Of a stretch of 64,000 nt of DNA, positions 60,260-64,000 are shown one piece after another; position 1 is the stretch's first letter, and every line of letters begins with the position of its first letter. The notes under the pieces were generated by a model. The model did not search any database. It saw only the letters and a program-made list of their open reading frames with translations, and was not told the origin of the DNA. Source of the stretch: an uncultured Alphaproteobacteria bacterium (GTDB taxonomy: Bacteria; Pseudomonadota; Alphaproteobacteria; HIMB59; GCA-002718135); the NCBI GenBank assembly GCA_902596065.1, contig CACJSL010000003.1:1087-65086 (forward strand), written 5' to 3'. A program made the translations under genes and the position numbers.

Positions 60260-61414
60260 TTAGATTTTATTTTTTAGGAGTAATTTTACTTTTTCTTCAC
60301 TAAAAGCTTTAGGTTGTTCACAGGTTGAACGTAATTCAATTTCTTTTTTTTCTTCAGCAGCAATCATAGTTGACTCTATCATATCTAAAACATGGAGGGC
60401 TAATTCTCCATTACATTTATGTTTAAGTTTATTTTCAATAGCATAAATCATTTCTGATAATCCAATACCCCTATAGTTTGATTGTTTAGGTGCTTCATTG
60501 CTACGGCCACTATGATTAATAATATTAGTTTTTCCTAAAGGCATATTCTCTACTGACAAATCTTCCCAATCACTACCAAGCTTATATGAAACCTTAACAG
60601 GCCCTCCAAACATATTAGGGTCTGGCACTATGATTGATCCTTTTGTTCCATATAATTCCATGTGATTTCTCAGATGGTTCTCAACATCAAATGAAATAAA
60701 ACCCTGAACAATAGTTCCATTCATAAACTCAATATCAAACATATATGAAGTTGCCATTTCTACGTCAAATTCTTTTCCCTTTTTTGGTCCAGCTTCATAA
60801 ACGCGTGTGTCAGAAAATTTTTTTCCTCTTGATCGAACATTTTTAGCAGGACCGAGAAGATTCACTAAAGCTGTAAAAAAATAAGGTCCCATATCTATAA
60901 CTGGGCCCCCTCCTTTTTGAAACCATGACTCAGGATTAGGATGAAAAGTTTGTACTCCAGGAAAGGCAAAGATAAAATTTCCTGTTAATATATTTCCTAT
61001 TCTTCCTTCATCAATAATTTCTTTAGATAACTGACCTCCTCCTCCTAAAAAAGTATCAGGCGCATTACCTAAATAAAGATTATTACTTAGAGCCAAATCA
61101 AATAATTCCTTTGCTTCGTTAAATTTTAAAGACATAGGTTTTTCACAGTAAACATGCTTTCCTGTCTGCAGAACTTTTTTACTTACTTCATAGTGAGCTT
61201 GGGGGATAGTTAAATTAAGAATAATATCAACATCTTTATTAGAAAGAATTTCTTCAACCGTCTGAGCTTTAATATTATAGTTAGCTGCACAATCTTTTGC
61301 CGCTACTTCATTAATGTCAGCACAGGCTATAAAATTTATATTATTAAAATATTCCTGACTTCTAAAGTAAGTCTCTGCAATATTTCCACATCCAATTAAG
61401 CCAATATTTTTCAT
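60260..61414 (-). CDS. Gfo/Idh/MocA oxidoreductase #2
   Basis: GLIGCGNI, NLTIPQAH, CEKP, APDTFLG, DMGPY. Confidence 0.9.
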   Translation of the reverse strand: MKNIGLIGCGNIAETYFRSQEYFNNINFIACADINEVAAKDCAANYNIKAQTVEEILSNKDVDIILNLTIPQAHYEVSKKVLQTGKHVYCEKPMSLKFNEAKELFDLALSNNLYLGNAPDTFLGGGGQLSKEIIDEGRIGNILTGNFIFAFPGVQTFHPNPESWFQKGGGPVIDMGPYFFTALVNLLGPAKNVRSRGKKFSDTRVYEAGPKKGKEFDVEMATSYMFDIEFMNGTIVQGFISFDVENHLRNHMELYGTKGSIIVPDPNMFGGPVKVSYKLGSDWEDLSVENMPLGKTNIINHSGRSNEAPKQSNYRGIGLSEMIYAIENKLKHKCNGELALHVLDMIESTMIAAEEKKEIELRSTCEQPKAFSEEKVKLLLKNKI

Positions 61415-61440
61415 TGATTTTTTTAATTAATATTAATTAA

Positions 61441-62439
61441 TTATTTGCATAGTTTTTTTGAATACTCTACAATTTTTTCTATAGTGGGTATATAATTTTC
61501 TTCTAAATTAGGCGCTACTGGTGCAGGTGTGTCTTCTGCTGTATATCTAATTACTGGTTTTAATAAATTTGTATAACAATGCTCAAAAATAATTGAAGTT
61601 ATTTCACTAGGAACTCCTGCAGTGTAACAACTTTCACTTAATACCAAAGCTCTTTTGGTTTTCTTTACGGATTCTATAATCGTTTCTCTATCAAGGGGGT
61701 TTAAAGTTCTCAAATCAACTACTTCTACATCTATTTTTTGTTTCGCTAGTTCTTCAGCAGCTTTTTCAGCAAAATTTACCATTCTAGAATAACTTATTAT
61801 AGAGAGATCCTTTCCTTTTTTTCTGATTTTAGCTTTTCCAAAAATTTGATCAGGGTTATTTTTATCAAGAACGCCTGAGGTATTATACAATAACTTGTGC
61901 TCAATAAATATTGTTGGATTATTAATCTTTAGAGCTGTTCTTAATAGATGGTAAGCATCATTAGGAGTGTATGGAATTGATAAATACAATCCCGGAGTAT
62001 GCATAATCCATGTTTCTAAACTTTGAGAATGTTGAGCTCCTGCTGATCTTCCTGTTCCACCTTGTGCTCTTAATATCATTGGAGCATTAATTTGGCCTCC
62101 AAACATATAACGAACTTTTGCTAATTGATTAGCAATTTGATCCATCGACATTCCAAAAAAATCTACATACATTAATTCTGCTATTGGACGTAAACCTGTC
62201 AATGCTGCACCCATTGAAGCACCAACTATAGCAGCCTCAGAAATTGGAGTATCAATAATTCTTTTTGGACCAAATAATTTTAATAAATCTTTTGTAGCTC
62301 CATATGCACCTCCGTATGCAGCAACATCTTCACCCATTACAATAATTTTTTCATCTTCTTGCATAGAATCATGTATTGCTAATCGTAATGCGTCTCTAAA
62401 AGTAATTTTTTCGTAATAATTTTTATTTAAATCTGACAT
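61441..62439 (-). CDS. TPP-dependent dehydrogenase E1 beta subunit (PDH/acetoin dehydrogenase-like)
   Basis: GEDV, DTPISE, GAQHSQ, EHKLLY, DLRTL. Confidence 0.92.
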   Translation of the reverse strand: MSDLNKNYYEKITFRDALRLAIHDSMQEDEKIIVMGEDVAAYGGAYGATKDLLKLFGPKRIIDTPISEAAIVGASMGAALTGLRPIAELMYVDFFGMSMDQIANQLAKVRYMFGGQINAPMILRAQGGTGRSAGAQHSQSLETWIMHTPGLYLSIPYTPNDAYHLLRTALKINNPTIFIEHKLLYNTSGVLDKNNPDQIFGKAKIRKKGKDLSIISYSRMVNFAEKAAEELAKQKIDVEVVDLRTLNPLDRETIIESVKKTKRALVLSESCYTAGVPSEITSIIFEHCYTNLLKPVIRYTAEDTPAPVAPNLEENYIPTIEKIVEYSKKLCK

Positions 62440-62444
62440 GAGTT

Positions 62445-63458
62445 TTAAGACAAAATTTTATTTATTCTTTCTTCAACACTAATAGGCAAAGGCTCGCTCT
62501 CATCGTATACATCAGTAAAAATTTCTTTTTGGTTATTAAGAGGTGAATTAATAGCAAAATCCATAGCTTCATCCATTTCAATAGAAATTTTTTCATTTAT
62601 TTTTTTAATTTCATCTTCATTCATAATTTTATTTTTTAACATTTGATTAGAGGCATAAGAGATGGGGTCTGACTTTCTCATTTTAATTTCTTCTTCTTCA
62701 CTTCGATAGGGACTTTTATCCATTCTCGCATGACCAAAAAATCTATAACACTCAACTTCTATAAAACCTGGTTCAAATTTTCTTGCTTTATCAATAATTT
62801 CCTTAGATTTGACATATGCATTCTCAATATCTAAATCATCAATATGTAAGGTATTTAAACCAAAAGAAGCTGCTCTTTTCGAAAAATCTTTAAGGCCAGC
62901 AGCATTGTCAATCTTTGTTCCCATACCATATTGATTATTGATACAACAAAATACGACAGGTAATTTCCATAGGGAAGCCATATTCATACTTTCATATAAA
63001 ATTCCCTGTTGCATTGCTCCATCTCCAAAAAATGCAACAGATACTTTGTCTTCTTCTAAATATTTAGAACTCAATCCTGCCCCAACAACTGTAGGTATTC
63101 CACCTCCAACTATGGCATTTGCTCCTAAATGTCCTAGTTTCATATCTGCAATATGCATTGAGCCACCTTTTCCCTTGCAATATCCATCTTTTTTTCCAGC
63201 GATTTCTGCCATCATTTTTTTTGGATCTCCTCCTCTTGCGATAAATATACCATGACCTCTATGGTGAGTTGTAAAAGTATCTTGCTTTTGCATTGCAGCC
63301 CCTAAACAAGTTGGTCCTAATTCTTCACCAATTGATAAATGCAACATTGTTCCTGCTGTTTCACCTTTAATAAAAAGTTCCCCAACTCTTTCTTCAAACG
63401 TTCTAATTCTTTTCATTGTCGTATAAAGATTGGGAAGTAATGTATTAGATTGGGTCAT
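62445..63458 (-). CDS. TPP-dependent dehydrogenase E1 alpha subunit (PDH/acetoin dehydrogenase-like)
   Basis: HRGHG, GKGGSMH, FFGDGA...NN TPP motif, YRFFGH. Confidence 0.92.
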   Translation of the reverse strand: MTQSNTLLPNLYTTMKRIRTFEERVGELFIKGETAGTMLHLSIGEELGPTCLGAAMQKQDTFTTHHRGHGIFIARGGDPKKMMAEIAGKKDGYCKGKGGSMHIADMKLGHLGANAIVGGGIPTVVGAGLSSKYLEEDKVSVAFFGDGAMQQGILYESMNMASLWKLPVVFCCINNQYGMGTKIDNAAGLKDFSKRAASFGLNTLHIDDLDIENAYVKSKEIIDKARKFEPGFIEVECYRFFGHARMDKSPYRSEEEEIKMRKSDPISYASNQMLKNKIMNEDEIKKINEKISIEMDEAMDFAINSPLNNQKEIFTDVYDESEPLPISVEERINKILS

Positions 63459-63467
63459 ACTTAAAAA

Positions 63468-63707
63468 TTAAATTGTTTCAAAAATAGCAATATCATTTCC
63501 CACCTCTATTTCTTCACCCTCTTGATAAAGAGTTTTGATAAGCTTGCCATTTTCTAAAGCAGGAAGTTCTACTGTTGTTTTGTCACTTTCAATTTCAGCA
63601 ATAATTTGACCTCTAGAAAATTCTTCTCCTACTTTAATACACCATTTAGTGATAGTTCCTGTCTCCATTGTTTCCCCAAGGCGAGGTAAGGATATTTTTT
63701 TCTCCAT
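63468..63707 (-). CDS. Stand-alone lipoyl domain protein
   Basis: LPRLGETMETG, EIESDKTTVE lipoyl lysine; stops at 79 aa. Confidence 0.88.
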   Translation of the reverse strand: MEKKISLPRLGETMETGTITKWCIKVGEEFSRGQIIAEIESDKTTVELPALENGKLIKTLYQEGEEIEVGNDIAIFETI

Positions 63708-63749
63708 AATTTTTTTTAAACTATATTAAAAATTTTACAAAATATTATA

Positions 63750-64000
63750 TTAATTTTTTGCTTTATATCCTATTCCTATATCATTTACTGACTTACTTAC
63801 ATCCATTATTTTAGGATAAGGATATTGAAGTCCTAATAATTGTTTAATTCTATCATTAGAATTTTTTTTAAAAGATTCATCGAGATATGAAACTAGATCT
63901 TCTACTGGTTTTATATATTTAGGTAAAAACTCTATTAATATGGCAGCGCGTTGATTTTGAGACTTGTTTGGCATAGCTCCATGCCAGCAATTTCCATTAA
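63750..64000 (-). CDS. PhyH-family dioxygenase #2 (C-terminal part; starts beyond the window)
   Basis: Frame extends upstream as NGNCWHGAMPN..R; LPKYIKPVED and LLGLQYPYP match the C-terminus of 40462-41262. Confidence 0.8.
   Translation of the reverse strand, partial: NGNCWHGAMPNKSQNQRAAILIEFLPKYIKPVEDLVSYLDESFKKNSNDRIKQLLGLQYPYPKIMDVSKSVNDIGIGYKAKN

Noticed and set aside
63468..63707. Lipoyl ORF as a frameshifted E2 pseudogene
   Set aside because: Only 9 bp separate it from E1 alpha, so there is no room for an E2 remnant; the domain is complete, with its DK lysine.
1..64000. tRNA, rRNA, riboswitch, CRISPR array, IS or prophage
   Set aside because: Intergenic spaces are short and AT-rich, with no cloverleaf, repeat-spacer array, transposase or phage-like ORF seen by eye; a covariance-model scan would be needed to exclude small RNAs.

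Overview
Very AT-rich, tightly packed DNA that looks like a streamlined marine alphaproteobacterium (SAR11/HIMB59-like; this taxonomy is inferred only from composition and gene order). Positions 1-28.5 kb are housekeeping genes: ogt, M16 and M32 peptidases, thrC, msbA, ubiA, rsmE, a coxMNOP-type heme-copper oxidase cluster with a divergent pseudoazurin and ctaG, lipid A genes, xseA, tadA, rRNA modification genes, pgi and lspA-ileS-ribF. Positions 28.5-64 kb are an unusual catabolic region. It holds TEN membrane di-iron His-box enzymes: 7 MocD/fatty-acid-desaturase-like and 3 sterol-desaturase/hydroxylase-like. Only one MocE-type Rieske ferredoxin and one MocF-type ferredoxin reductase are visible. 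Interleaved with them are three monosaccharide ABC importers, two PanB paralogues that appear to have lost the Mg2+/ketoacid site, two PhyH dioxygenases, xylose isomerase, an RhaM mutarotase, two Gfo/Idh/MocA dehydrogenases, an IolE/MocC-like TIM barrel, an IlvD-family dehydratase, DUF1326/DUF2182, and a TPP E1 alpha/beta pair with a free lipoyl domain. My best interpretation (inference) is a multi-specificity oxidative demethylation system for methylated sugars or cyclitols, an expanded version of the rhizobial rhizopine MocDEF system, possibly with a PanB-fold formaldehyde/C1 handler. I saw no RNA genes, CRISPR arrays, mobile elements or transcription regulators. All family calls come from motif recognition by eye; no database searches were run.
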